DNA of 64,000 nucleotides, from assembly GCF_009914755.1 (NCBI RefSeq), contig NC_060931.1; one strand, given 5' to 3'. Positions 50,567 through 64,000 of the stretch are shown here, in pieces. The notes under the pieces were generated by a model. The model ran no database searches. It was not told the DNA's origin and was given only the letters and a program-made list of their open reading frames with translations. Both the position numbers and the translations under genes were made by a program. Source of the stretch: the human T2T-CHM13v2.0 reference genome, Homo sapiens. The stretch's first letter is position 1; every line of letters begins with the position of its first letter.

Positions 50567-53500
50567 TTTTTTTCAACTTTACAGATTCAGGGGGTGCACG
50601 TGCAAGTTTGTTACATGTGTATATTGTGTGATGCTGAGGATACGATTGATCCCATCACCCAGGTACTGAGCATAGTACCCAGTAGTAAGTTTCTTAACCC
50701 TTGCCCTTCTCCCTCCCTCCTCACTCTAGTAGTCCCCAGTGTCTATTGTTGCAATTTTATGTTACTGAGAAACCAGAAATGTGGGTTTAGCTCCCACTTA
50801 AGTGAGAGTATATAGTATTTGGTTCCTGAGTTAATTCACTTATGATAATGGCCTGCAGCTGCATCCATGTTGCTGAAAAGGACATGATTTTGTTCTTTTT
50901 ATGGCTGTGTAGTATTTCATGGTGTATATATACTACATTTTCTTCATCCAATACACCACTGAGGGACATCTAGGTTGATTCCATATTTGCTATTGTGAAT
51001 AGTGCTGTGATGAACATATGAGTGTATGGGTCTCCTTGGTAGAACAATTTGTTTTCTTTTCGATAATATACCCAGTGATTGCTTTGCTAGGCTGAATGGT
51101 AGTTCCGTTTTAACTTTTTGAGAAATCGCCAAACTATTTCCACAGTGGCTGAACTAATTTACACTCCAATCAACAGACCGTAAGTGTTCCCTTTTTTCCA
51201 TAGCCTCACCAACATCTGATGTGTTTTGATTTTTTAGTAATAGCCATTCTGACTGGTATGAGGTGATATTTCACTGTGGTTTGATTTGCATTTATCTGAT
51301 TTTTAGTGATATCTAGCATTTTTTTCAGGTTAGTTGGTTGCTTGTATGTCTTCTTTTGATAAAAGTCTGTTCATGTCTTTTGCCCATTTTCTAATGAGGT
51401 TATTTGGTTTTTGCTTCTACAATTGTTTAAATTGCATATAGATTCTGGATATTAGACCATTTTTCAGATGTAAAATTTGCAAATATTTTCTCACATTCTG
51501 TAGGTTATCTTTTAACTCTGCTGGTAGTTTCTTCTGCTGTGCAGAAACTCTTTAGTTTAATTAGGTCCCACTTGTCCATTTTCATTTTTGTTGCAATTGC
51601 TTTTGAGGACTTAGTCATAAATTCTTTCCTGAAGCCAATATCCAGAATGGTGTTTTCTAACTTTCTTCCAGGATTCTTAGAGTTTGAGGTCTTACATTTG
51701 AAATTTTTGACCTATATTGAGTTAATTTTTGTATATGGTGAAAGATGGGGGTCTAATTTCATTCCTCTGCAATGGCTAGCCAGCTAATCCAGCACCATTT
51801 ATTGAAAAGGGAGTAGTTTCCCCATTGCTTGTTTTGTCAATTGTCAAAGATCAGATGGCTGTAGGTGTGTGGCTTTATTTTTGGGTTCTCTAATCTGTTC
51901 CTTTTGTCATGTGTCTGTTTTTCCACCAGTACCATGTGATTTTGGTTACAACAGGTTTATGGTATAGTTTGAAGTAGGGTCATGTGATACCTTCAGCTTT
52001 GTTCTTTTTGCTTAGGATTTCCTTGGCTATTGGATTCTTTTTTGGTTCCATGTGAATTTTAGAATAGTTTTTTTTCTAGTTCTGTGAAGAATGTCATTGG
52101 TAGTTTGATAGAACCTATAAATTGTTTTAGGCAGTATTGCCATTTTAATAATATTAATTCTTCCAATCGTGAGCTTGTAATGTTTTCCATTTGTTTAAGT
52201 CATCTATGATATCTTTTAGCAGTTTTTTCTAGTTCTCCTATTAGAGATTTTTCACCTCCTTGGTTAGATGTATTCCTGGGTATTTTATATTTTTTGTGGC
52301 TATTGTAAATGGGATTGCATTCCTGATTTGGCTCTCACCTTGAACATTATTGGTGTATAGAAACGCCACTGATTTTTGTACATTGATTTTGTATCTTGAA
52401 GCTTTACTGAAGTCATTGATCAGTTCCAGGAGTCTTTTTGTGGAGTCTTAGAGTTCTCTAGTTATAGAAACATATCAGTCAGCAGAGATAGTTTGACCTC
52501 CTCTTTTTCTATTTGGATGCCTTTTATTTCTTTCTCTTGCCTAATTGCTCTGGCTAGCACTTCTAGTACTATGTTGAATAAGGATGGTGAGAGTGGGCAT
52601 CCTTGTCTTCTTCCAGTTCTCAAGGGGAATGTTTCCAGCTTTTGCCCATTCAGCACAATGTTAGCTGTGGGTTTGTCATAGATGGCTCTCATTATTTTGA
52701 GGTATGATTCTTCAATGCCTAGTTTGCTGAGGGTTTTTATTATAGTAGGATGTGTCATTTTATCAAAAGCTTTTTCTGTGTCTGTTGAGATGATCATATG
52801 GCTTTGGTTTTTTATTATGTTTGTGTGTTGAATCATTTTTTATTTGTGCATGTCAAACCAACTTTGCATCCCAGGAATGAAGCCAATTTGATTATAGTGT
52901 ATTATTATTATTATTGGTATGCTGCTGGATTCAGTTTGGTAGTATTTTGTTGAGAATTTTTGCATCTATGTTCATCAGGGATATTGGCCTATATTTTTTT
53001 CTTTTTGTCATATCGTTGCCAGGCATTGGTATCAATGTGATGCTGGCTTTGTAAAATGAGTTAGGGAAGAGTCCGGCCTCTTGGAATTTTTGGAAAAGTT
53101 TCAACAGAATTGGTACCAAACCTTCATTGTATGTCTGGTAGAATTTAGCTGTGGATCCATCTGATCCAGGGCTTTTTAGGGTTGGTAAGTTTTTTATTAC
53201 TGATTTGATTTCAGAACTTGATATTGGTCTGCTCAGGGTTTCAAATTCTTCCTTATTCAATCTTGGGAGATTGTGTTGCCAGAAATTTACTCATTTCATT
53301 TAGATTTTCTAGTTTTGTATGTCTGGAGGTATTCATAATAGTCTTTGAAGATGTTTTATATTTCTATGGGATTGGATGTAATGTCACCCGTGTCCTTCTG
53401 ATTGTGCTTATTTGGATCTTTTCCCTTTTTTATTTGCTAATCTAGCTAGTGGTCTATTAATCATAGTTATCATTTGAAAGAACTAACTTTTGATTTCACC

Positions 53501-54026
53501 GATTCTTTGGGGTCTCAATTTCATTCAGTTCCGCTGATTTTAGTTAATTTCGTCTGCTAGCTTACGGATTAGTTTGTTCTTCTTTCTCTATTTCCACTAG
53601 GTGTGATGTTAGATCATTAATTTGAGATCTTTCTAAGTTCGGGGTAGGCATTTAGCACTACCAACTTTCCTCTTAATACTGCTTTTGCTCCATCCCAGAG
53701 ATTTTGGTATGCTGTGTCTCTGTTTTCACTTATGTCACATATCTTTTTTTTTTTTTATTATTTCTGCCTTAAAATCATTGTTTATCCAAAAGTCATTCAG
53801 GAGCAAGCTGTTTAATTTGGATATTATTGTGTGATTTTGAGAGATCTTTTTGGTATAGATTTCCGTTTTTATTTCACTGTGTCCCAAGAGTATGAATGGT
53901 ATGGTTTTAAGGGGTTTTTTTTTAAGTTTATTAAAACTTGCTTTATGAGTGAGCATGTGGTTAATCTTGGAGTATGTTCTGCGTGCAGATGACAGGAACG
54001 TATATTCTGTAGTTGATAGGTGGAGT
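50567..54026 (-). mobile_element. L1PA15/16-like, 5'-truncated (~3.5 kb)
   Basis: 3'UTR at left, continuous antisense ORF2; TSD ACAG(A/C)ATATGTTTTA at 50552-50566 and 54027-54041. Confidence 0.95.
52462..53260 (-). pseudogene. L1 ORF2p reverse-transcriptase remnant (frameshifted)
   Basis: [52 protein letters not shown]; catalytic FADD degenerated to LTDM. Confidence 0.92.
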
Positions 54027-54899
54027 ACAGCATATGTTTTAAATATCATGAATTCACCTTTTTGTTTACAGTTAGCCCCAATTTATTTTTGAATGAAGAA
54101 AAAGATGTGATAAACTGCATTTTCAACTGATACATTTTTCAGAGTTTATATCCTCTTAACATTTTCCATTAAATTGTCATTTTACAATTTATAGAAAGTA
54201 TGCAATCACTTTTCTCTCAGAGATAAAAACAATAAACTACGTAAAAAGTAACACTTTCTTAATGGTATATCGCAACACACGAAACACATTTGGCCTCCTC
54301 TTACAAATTATAAATTAGACTTTCATAAAACTTATAAAATAATAGTCATTACAAACCCATATAGTTGCTCTAAAATTCTCAAATGTAATAATTACTATTT
54401 AAACTAAGAAGTGTACAATGGGATAATTTAAATTATTAGGTATCTTGCTTGTTTTTTTGAAAGGTTATGGTTTTATACTGGGAAATGTGTCAACAATTAA
54501 TTTGGCCAAGAATAAAATACCCAGAAGTATTTGGTAAATAATAATAAGTAAAAAATTGTAGAATATATGCATTTCAAAATTATTGTAAGTACTTTTTCTA
54601 TGTAAAATTATACAATCAGTACTTATTTTTAGTTTGCTCATTCCTATCCTTTTTATGTCCTTTATTATGGAGCCACCCAACAAAGACATATTTAGAGGCA
54701 CTCATCTCAGTTGTTTCTTTTCCAAAATATAAAGTTAATATTTGCTCTAAAGGAACTCTGTAGGGACTGTTTAAGCCAACTGTTCCCCCAAAGTCTTTCC
54801 ATGTTGTTTTACCGTAATTGTGTAACTAAAGAGTGTTGCATTTTATTACCAGAATAAAATGTAAGATTGCGGGTAAGATTTGCCCTTTGGCCAGAATTT

Positions 54900-55822
54900 T
54901 AGTTATTGCCCCAATAATTCTGTGTAACAAACTGCTTTGCAAAGCTCATTTACTTATCAATCACTTATATCCTAACAGGTCTGAACTTCTATAGGCTGCA
55001 GTCTGCCTGATCCTCAGCAGGAAATTTCTGCTTCAGGCTGCAGTAATGCAGCAGCCCTTCTTTTGCTGCCTAGCTGTGAGTTGGCTCTGCTCCACATGAC
55101 TCTCGTCCTCTTCCTCATATCAGCGGGCTAGCCAGCGCATGTGATAGTGTTTGAGTATTTGTCCCTTCCAAATCTCATGTTGAAATGTGATTCCTAACGT
55201 TAGAACTGAGGCTGAATAGGAGATGTTTTGGTCATGGGGTTGGATTTCTCATGAATGGCTTGGCATCCTCCACTTAGTAATGAGTAAGTTCTCACTCTAA
55301 GTTCATGTGTGATCTAGTTGTTTAAAAAAAGACTCTGGAAGCTCCCTGCTTCACTCTTTTGTTCCCTCTCTCGTCATGTGACATGTGACCATGAAGTTCC
55401 CGTTTCACCTTCCACCATGAATAAAAGCTTTCTGAGGGTTTCATCAGAAGCTGAGCAAATGTTGGTGCCATGCTTGTATAGCCTACAGAACCATAAGTCA
55501 AATAAATCTCTTTTCTTAATAGGTTACCCAATCTCAGGTATTTCTTTATAACAACACAAAATGAAGTATCACAGCATGTTTACCACAAGTAATAACAGAA
55601 CTACAAGAAGGCATGACCTGCTGCACAAGTGCTTTTAAAGCCCCTACTTGCATCATGACTATTTCTATTCTTGTGGCTAAAACAAGACACATGGCTAAGC
55701 CTACAGTCAAGGGGCAGAGAAGTACACTCTCCCCTTAGTAAAAGAATGGGAAGTTATGTAACAAAGGGCATGAATACAGGTAGGCAAGAAGACTTGGGTT
55801 AATATAATAATGCAACATACCA
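54900..55822 (-). mobile_element. MLT1H/I-like MaLR LTR split by MSTB
   Basis: GGCTCTGCTCCACATG; CACATGGCTAAGCCTACAGTCAAGGGGCAG; CAAAGGGCATGAATACAGG. Confidence 0.75.
55142..55573 (+). mobile_element. MSTB-like MaLR solo LTR
   Basis: CCAAATCTCATGTTGAAATGTGATTCC; TSD GCATG at 55137-55141 and 55574-55578. Confidence 0.93.
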
Positions 55823-56297
55823 GAATAGTATTGGCAGACATTGTCTCAGCATACATTTATATTCAGCTGTAATTTTAAAGACATCTCTTCTTTATCATGA
55901 AGACATAGACATGACAAATATATTTATCAAAACATACAGGTACCCTTCATTAAAAATATTCCCTAAAATTAAAAATGAAAGCCATTGCAAATGATAAAAT
56001 ATTTGAGTACATTTAGTATCAGAGTATTTTAAAATGAATGAAGATATACATTTTATTTTAATCATCTTTCACATAGTTTTTAAGGTATACATTAGAAAAT
56101 GATTGCCTCAATAATGTCTTAACATTTATTATTTGACTTGGTAAAAATTAGAATTCCTGGTCTCTGAACCCACCTTCTGTTAAAATAAGACTAACTCATA
56201 TTTCTTTTTTCCACTCTCATTTTATGAAATAGTAAAGTCGTGTTTCCAATTTATCTTTTTCCCCTGGATTTAAGTGATCTGTAACTTCTATTTATGT

Positions 56298-56512
56298 CAG
56301 TGTTTCTGAAACTCTGTTACATATTGGAATCACTCAAGAAGCTTTAGAAAAACACTGATAACCAGGACATAACCCTAGAAGCTTTAGAAAACACTCATGC
56401 CCAGGATACAACCCTAGAAATTCTGATTTAATTGGATTAGGTGGGACTTACACATCATTATTCTTTAATAATCTCCTAGGCTATTCTAACAGCCATGATC
56501 GAGAACCCAATG
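56298..56512. mobile_element. MER5B-like MITE with internal ~40-bp tandem duplication
   Basis: CAGTGTTTCTGAAACT...GGAATCAC...ATTCTGATTTAATTGG. Confidence 0.75.
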
Positions 56513-56529
56513 ATTTACCGTCAAATTTA

Positions 56530-57055
56530 GTGTGTATAACTCTATAAATCTTTTGGCGGCAAATAAACAACAATGTAAACAAGAGCTGCCAAATTAAAGA
56601 AAGGAGATGTAATATATTGTGTGTCTGAATAGACTAGCGTGGTTTTGGGTTCAATTTGAGCAGACTCCAATGCTGTCCCAAGCCCCACCTCTCTTAATTC
56701 TTCCCGCTGGGTACTATTCTTTGTCTAGCTTTCCACCCAGGGTTACAAAATAACTGCAGGCAACTCTTGTGGTGAGGCCACATCCCTCTCCATTTATATT
56801 CAACATAAAAAGGACATCTTTTTCCACCAGTTATGGAAGAAAACACTGTGCTTTATTTAAATCATATGTCCTTCCCTAAGTCAATCACTGTGGTCAAAAA
56901 GATGAACTCATGCCTTTTGATTCAGGCCTAAATCATAAGCCATACCCAAGAGCTAGGAGTAAAAATAGCCTCCTCTTAAACAATGGTGAACAAAATTTGG
57001 CATTCTGATTCCAAAAGATAGAATTATAAGAAATTATCAAAGAACAGAAAACAAT
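56530..57055 (-). mobile_element. Old MaLR LTR (MLT1K-like)
   Basis: TCATATGTCCTTCCCTAAGTCAATCACTGTGGTC; GATTCAGGCCTAAATCAT. Confidence 0.6.
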
Positions 57056-58348
57056 CAGTCAATTTTTTATATTTGCATTTGTAATTTAATGCCATGGAGC
57101 ATGTATGTGTTGTGTTATGCAGTTTACATTATACAGATACATCATTCTAAATTATAAAAAGCATAGTATTAGAATATGTAGCAATTGTAAATTACTACAA
57201 CACCAAAGTCTTTGCACTAAGTATTCAATATAATAAAAGGAAGTCAAATAAAATCAGTTTGCCTTTCTTGGCAGTAAAATATATTTATTCAGTAAATTTA
57301 TTTTAAAAAGAAAAAATGTTCTTTGGAACTATTTCCTGTTTTTGCCAATTACTATTTATAGCTGGTACAATATGAAGTCTAAACTAGCCTCTACATGACT
57401 ACTGATAGACTGTTGTAACTGAATTCCCAAAGTAGAGGTAATCTAGGAAATGAAATCAGAGCTTGGCATGCTCCTAATGTTTAATAATGTTAAAATTTGA
57501 AGCTTTCCAATTATTTTACCACATGAATCTAAATTATAAAGTTATGAATATAACCAGTTATAAATTCCCAACCATGATTTCAAGAGAATGTTAATATAAA
57601 TAATCAGGAGATATGTATTCAACAAATTGATAGATCTCATTGTTCTCAACTTAAAATCATCATAAGATCACTTTTATAAGATTATATTAATTGGTCTAAT
57701 TCAGGCTTCATTCACAAAGGTCTAAAAAAGTTATTTATTGTTTTTATAAGTTTAGCTATATATTAAAGTGGAAGATTTTCTTATAAAATGCCTAGGTATA
57801 TTTTGCCTATGGTCAACTTAAGTTAGAATAATCTTTTCAGTTAGGATATGAAAATGTTGTTTCCTCCTTTACAAATGGTAGCACTGGAAAATGATAGGTA
57901 GGTGGTATCATGTTGTACGAATTTGACAGACTTCTGAATATTTTTAAATTAATCACTTTAAAATTAAACTTATCTATTTCATAATTTAAATAACTTTAAA
58001 AGAAGTCACTTTCTTTGAACTTTTAAATAAGATATAAATCCGTAATTATATTTCTGAATAATTAAAAATGGATATCAAGTTTCTTTTTCTAATCAAAGAT
58101 TTAAAATTTTAATGAGTATTTATTAAAATGCTGAACAGTTTGAGACAATTCTGAAAAACTGTACAAATAGTAATTAAATGTAAGATGAAAAATCAAATGT
58201 ATTACAAGACCAAAATAAGACTCTAAGATGATGAAGTTGAAGAGAAAAAAGTGAGAGAGAGAGAGAGAAAGGGAAGACAGAGTGGGGAGAGAGAGAGCCT
58301 GAGTGAAAGTAGCAGGTCATGGTAGAAAATATAGAACATAGGTTCTTA

Positions 58349-58560
58349 ACGAGAACACATGGAGACAGGAAAGGGAACATCACACACTGGGGCCTGTTGT
58401 GGGGTGGGGAGAGGGGGGAGGGATAGCATTAGGAGATATACCTAATGTAAATGACGAGTTAATGGGTGCAGCACACCAACATGGCACATGTATACTTATG
58501 TAACAAACCTGCACGTTGTGCACATGTACCCTAAAACTTAAAGTATAATAATAAAAAAAA
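58349..58560 (+). mobile_element. Young L1PA (PA4/5-like) 3' stub
   Basis: Near-consensus 3'UTR; perfect 16-bp TSD AGAACATAGGTTCTTA at 58333-58348 and 58561-58576. Confidence 0.97.
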
Positions 58561-58834
58561 AGAACATAGGTTCTTATACATTTTAAAATTTCACAGGGAG
58601 AGATTTCACAAACTGTTTAAAGCTTTCAAAATCCAACTTCAACTACATACAACTTTATGCTATTCTCTCAAAATGTGAGAATTAGACTCATTAAATGATC
58701 TGAGAATATGATTATTAATGGTGTTCATTCACTCAACACATATTTATTGAGTCCTCTGTGCCAGGGATTCTTCTAGGCTCTGAGGATAGTATTGAAAAAA
58801 TAAAATAAAACCACAAAATATATCTTACTGCCTG

Positions 58835-58836
<2 letters not shown>

Positions 58837-58888
<52 letters not shown>

Positions 58889-58975
58889 ATATATATATAT
58901 GTGTATATATATATGTATAGATATGTATAGATATGTATAGATATACATATCTATACATATATATATATATATATA
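58837..58975. repeat. (GT)n + (TA)/(TAGATATG)n compound microsatellite
   Basis: Direct reading. Confidence 0.95.
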
Positions 58976-59207
58976 ATATCTCACCTCCTGGAGTGAAAGG
59001 GTCAGACAAAAATAAAATTAAGTAAATTCTTCGGCATGTTAGAGGTGACAAGTATGAGAGAAAAAGTTAAACATTAGGTGGGAATAAAAAGTGTTGGAAA
59101 TGGAGTGAGTGTTGAAAATTATAATTGGCATGGCCTAGGAAGTCCTTACTGAGAAGCAGACATTTTGGTAGAGACCTAAAAGAAGCAATGGAATAAATTA
59201 TCTGAAT

Positions 59208-59900
<693 letters not shown>

Positions 59901-60212
59901 AATATCAAACAGAGCATCCAGCATGCTACATCATTCCTGTGGGAGGAGTGGGCCTGGTGTGTTTATGTTTGTGAAATAAGAAGACACTTCAGATTAGATA
60001 TGAGGGGGCTGACAAGGAGAGTTGTAGGAGGTTACTTCAGAGAGGTACTGGGGGCATGATCATGTAGGTCCTTATAGATCACAGAAAGAGATTAGCTTTC
60101 ACCCTGAGTGAAATGAGACAACAAGGACGGTTTTCAGCAGAGCAGTGCATTTTTAAGTATTTAATAGAATTGTCTAATGAAAATACCTGACCAAAGATCT
60201 CTTTTTGGTTAC

Positions 60213-60529
60213 TTTTTGTTTGTTTTTTTTTTTCTTTTTTCTTTTGAGACAGGATCTTAGTCTGTCACCCCGGCTGGAGTGCAGTGGGACAATCACAGCT
60301 CACTGTAGCCTCAATCTCCTGAGTCAGGTGATCCTCCCACCTTAGCCTCCTGAGTAGCTGGGACTACAGGTGCATGCCACCACACCTGGCTAAATTTTTG
60401 TATTTTTTTGGTAGAAATGGGATTTTCACCATGTTGCCCGGCTAGTCTCAAACTCCTGGGCTCAAGTGATCCACCCACCTCAGCCTTTCAAAGTGTTGGG
60501 ATTATAGGCATGAGCCACTGAGCCTGGCC
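60213..60529 (-). mobile_element. AluJ
   Basis: CACAGCTCACTGTAGCCTCAA, CTCCTGGGCTCAAGTGATCC; T-tail at left. Confidence 0.95.
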
Positions 60530-61984
60530 TGGGTGATTTTCAGTTACAAATTTAATATTCTTAATAGCTACAGGGTTATTCAAACTACCCATTTTATATT
60601 AGGTGAGTTGTAGTAGTTTATATTTTTTGAAGAATTTGTTCATTTTACCTAAGTTGTTCCATTTATGTGTATAAAGTTTTTCACATTCCCTTATCACTTG
60701 GTTGTCTAATTTCTTTGTAATGATACACCCTCATTTTGTTCCTGAGACTGGTATTTATGGCCTCTCTCCTTTCGGCCCTGTTTACCTTGCTAGAGTTTTG
60801 TCAATTGTATTGCTCTTTTCAAAGAGCCAGGCTTTCTTTCACTGATTTTCTCCATTTTTTTCTGTTGTCAATTTCATTTATTTCTGCTATTATTTTCAGT
60901 ATTTCTTTCTTTTTCCTTGATTTAGATTTATTGTGCTCTCTTTCTAGTTTCTTGAGCTGGAAGGTAAAATTGTTATTTGGAACTTTTTCTCTTTTCTAAT
61001 GAAGTTATTTTTTGCTAGAAAATTTCCATTCAGCACGATTTGAGCTGCATCCCATAGATTTTGGTATATTGTTTTCATTTTTATCCTGTTCAATATGTTT
61101 AACATTTCCTGCAAGACTTTCTTTGTGTTCCATGGGTTTTTATAAGGGCGTTGATTAATTTCTAAGTGCTTGGAATCTTTTTTAAATTTTTTTGTTAAAA
61201 GTTTCTAGATTGATCACATTTTGGCCAGACAATATACCCTGTATGATTTTCGTTCTTTTGAATTTGTTGAAGTTTGTTTTATATCCCAGGATTTGTTGCA
61301 TGTTGATATATATTCCATCAGCCTTTGAAAAGAGTATGCATGTCCCATTGTTCTTGGTTGGAGTATTCTACATATATTGATTAGATCCTGTTGGCTGATG
61401 GTGGTGTTGAATTCTATTCTTTCAGTCTCCAAAAATAATTTTGGAATTATCTTACTTTTCAGTTTGTACTTCACTTATTTTTCATCTTCGTTATTGAGTG
61501 CACACACATTTAGAATTGCTATGTCATTTAGGTGAATTGATTACTTTATCATTACATAATGTTCCTTTCCGTTCGTGATAAATCTCTTTATAAATACTAA
61601 CATCTGCTTTACCTAATATTAATATAGCTACTCTTGCTTTCCTCTTAATAATATTTGTGTTGTATATGTTTTTTAATCTTTTTACTTTAAAACTGTATAT
61701 GTAATTTTATTTAAAGTGAATTTCTTATAGACAGTATACAGTTGGATCAGTTATTTTAATCCATTCCTCCAATCTCTGTCTTTTATTAGTATATTTGAAC
61801 CATTTAAGTTCAATGTGATATTGAAAAACTGAAGCTTAATTCTGCATTTGTATTGTTTTCTGTTTGTTCTTTCTTTTTCACTTCTCTGTTTCCTTCTCCT
61901 TCCTTACTGTGTGTTACTTAAACATATTGTGAAAGTCTATTTTGAGAGATTTATAGTGTTTTAAAGTGTATCACTTTTTAGGTT

Positions 61985-62016
61985 TTGTTGTTGTTGTTGC
62001 TGCTGCTGCTGCTGCT
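61985..62016. repeat. (TTG)5(CTG)5 trinucleotide repeat
   Basis: Direct reading. Confidence 0.85.
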
Positions 62017-62032
62017 TTAGCTATTACATTTA

Positions 62033-62389
62033 TGTATTAGTCTGTCCTCATGCTTCTGATAAATACATACCCGAGACTGGGAAATTTACAAAAGAAAGAG
62101 GTTTATTGGACTTACAGTTCCACATGGGTGGAGAGACCTCACAATTATGGTAGAAGGTGAAAGCACATCTCACATGACAGCAGACAAGAGAAGAGAGCTC
62201 GTGCAGGAAAACTTGCATTTTAAAACCATCAGTTCTCGTGAGACTTATTCAGTATCACAAGAGCAGCACAAGAAAGACCCACCCCCATGATTCAATTACC
62301 TCCCACCAGGTTCCTGTCATAACACAAGGGAACTGTGGAAGTTACAATTCCAGATGAGATTTGGGTGGGAACACAACCTAACCACATCA
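62033..62389 (-). mobile_element. THE1A/B MaLR solo LTR
   Basis: TGTATTAGTC...ACATACCCGAGACTGGG...GATGAGATTTGGGTGGG...ATCA. Confidence 0.95.
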
Positions 62390-62468
62390 ATTATGTACAC
62401 ATAACTTATCAAAATCTACTGATGAGTACATTTTACCAGTTTAATTGAAGTATAAAACCCTTGTCTCA

Positions 62469-62765
62469 GGCCTGGCACAGTGGTTAATGCCTATAATCCC
62501 AGCAGTTTGGGAACCAAAGGTGGGTTAATCACTTGAGGTCAGGAGTTTGAAACTAGCCTGGCCAACATGGCAAAACCCTATCTCTATTAAAAATACAAAA
62601 ATTAGCTGGGCATGTGGCGCATGCCTGTAATCCCAGCTACTCAGGAGGCTGAGGCACAAAAATCACTTGAACCTGGAAGGCAGAGACTGCAGTGAGCTGA
62701 GATCCTACCACTGCACTCCTGCCTGTGTGACAGAGTGAGATCTTCGTCAAAACAAACAAAAAAAC
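62469..62765 (+). mobile_element. AluS (Sz/Sx-like)
   Basis: ATCACTTGAGGTCAGGAGTTTG; full dimer with short tail. Confidence 0.95.
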
Positions 62766-63859
62766 CGTCTCCCTTTATGTCCCATATTTTCTCTCCTCCA
62801 GTTATAATATATATGTCACAAATATTTTTTTCTACATACACTGAGAATCACAATTGATGGTTTATAATTATTGCCTCAAACATGAACATAATTTATAAAG
62901 CTCAAGAGAAGAAAAACTTATTGTATTTAGCCACATGTTTACTCTTTTTATATTCTTCCTTCCTGATTTTCCCAGATTCCTTATTTTATCCCTTCATTTC
63001 TGATTGGAGAAATTGTGTTAACTCTTATTTTAGGATAGCTCTGCTACCATAAAACAGGGCTGCTGTCTTACTCTTGCCAGGTGGGGTGGAAGCACAGGTT
63101 CTGCATTTAGCCTCCATTGACACCTGAGATGGGGAAAGGGATCCTCATTATTCAGAGTTAAAGTTCTGACTCCCCAAGAGGTCTCCTCTGACACTATGTG
63201 TGTGTGTGTTGTGTATGTGAAGGGATGATCTTGTTACTGCTGTATGATGGTGGGTGTCCTGATTCTCCACTGAGCTCCTTTGATATCACTCTGGTAAGTA
63301 GTGGGGAGGGATGGCTTGTCACTACTGGGTAGTGGTAAAAGTTTATGTTCCCCACGTAGCCTCTACTGTTATTATGGGTGGGTATGTATGTGTTGGGGGA
63401 TGCATGAGGAGGATGAAATACCTGGCATCCCACTTCACCTTCTCTAATATCACCCTGGTGAAGGTGCTCCCTACTTGGCCTTTGCTGGCAGGGGTAGATG
63501 TGGGGCTACAGTTTTTTTGATGGTATTGGGTGGGAGCATATTCCATACTGTTTGCTCCTTCCGTGATCCTTTTGCTAGAGAAAGCAGGCTTTGCTTGGGC
63601 TGTTTGTTTGTTTGTTCTGTCTCTATCTGTTGGTGTTTCTAAGTTACCACTTTCTCTAGTATCCAGGCTGGGATATATAAAGTCAAAGAAAACCCAGGAA
63701 AATTACCACATTTTTTCTTGGGTCTTGAGATTCTTAGCTGGTTTGCCTTCTCTCTACTGTTAAGAAACTTAAGTCTCTTTTACATTTAATGTCTAGAAAT
63801 TTTAGTTGTATTTAGTGGTAAGAATAGGAAAAAGTATATCTTCCCAAAAACAAAAGTCT

Positions 63860-64000
63860 TGACTTAACCATTATTCTGATTACTGTCTTCTGAATGGGAA
63901 CAAAGTTTAGAATTGGGCAGAATAGTTAGGACATTATTGCTGTTATGCAGGAGACTTATGTCAGCATAGTAACTTTGAAAATAATGAGCTGTGATTAGAT
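63860..64000 (-). mobile_element. L2a continuation
   Basis: GACTTA...TCTGATTACTG...AGTTAGGACATTATTGC follows on from the L2 break at ~60147. Confidence 0.55.

Larger units (their letters stand above)
60150..63859 (-). mobile_element. L1MC/MD-type element retaining its 5' end but lacking its 3' half; hosts AluJ, THE1, AluS
   Basis: Antisense ORF2 N-terminal half 60150-61830, inter-ORF/ORF1-end region, 5'UTR 63050-63859 ending GAATAGGAAAAAGTATATCTTCCC. Confidence 0.8.

Noticed and set aside
52462-53260. Reverse-transcriptase ORFs as a possible active or novel retroelement
   Set aside because: Ordinary frameshifted L1PA ORF2, 5'-truncated, with the catalytic motif lost.
58333-58348. Steroid-response-element-like AGAACAtagGTTCT duplicated by the L1 TSD
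   Set aside because: Second half-site and spacing do not fit AGAACAnnnTGTTCT.
61985-62016. CAG/CAA repeat on the minus strand as a polyglutamine tract
   Set aside because: Short, inside an L1 remnant, not in any supported exon.

Overview
Primate (most likely human) genomic DNA: AT-rich, CpG-poor and dominated by decayed interspersed repeats. These include L1 of several ages (L1ME/MC, L1MA, L1PB/PA), about ten Alus (J, S, Y), MaLR/ERVL solo LTRs (MLT1, MSTB, THE1, one ERVL-type), L2/MIR, and hAT/Tigger MITEs. I see no protein-coding gene, RNA gene or CRISPR array. The ORFs I could assign are Alu-, L1- or microsatellite-derived, and the rest look like chance ORFs. The window looks like a gene desert or very large intron. 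I cannot support a new biological system here. The best leads are a 208-bp orphan insert inside an MSTB LTR, a four-piece scrambled L1 next to template-switch scars, three or four repeat-free motif-dense islands that may be enhancers or a promoter, and minus-strand splice-site-bounded segments that may be lncRNA exons. Repeat subfamily names come from my recall of consensus sequences and need RepeatMasker/Dfam confirmation.
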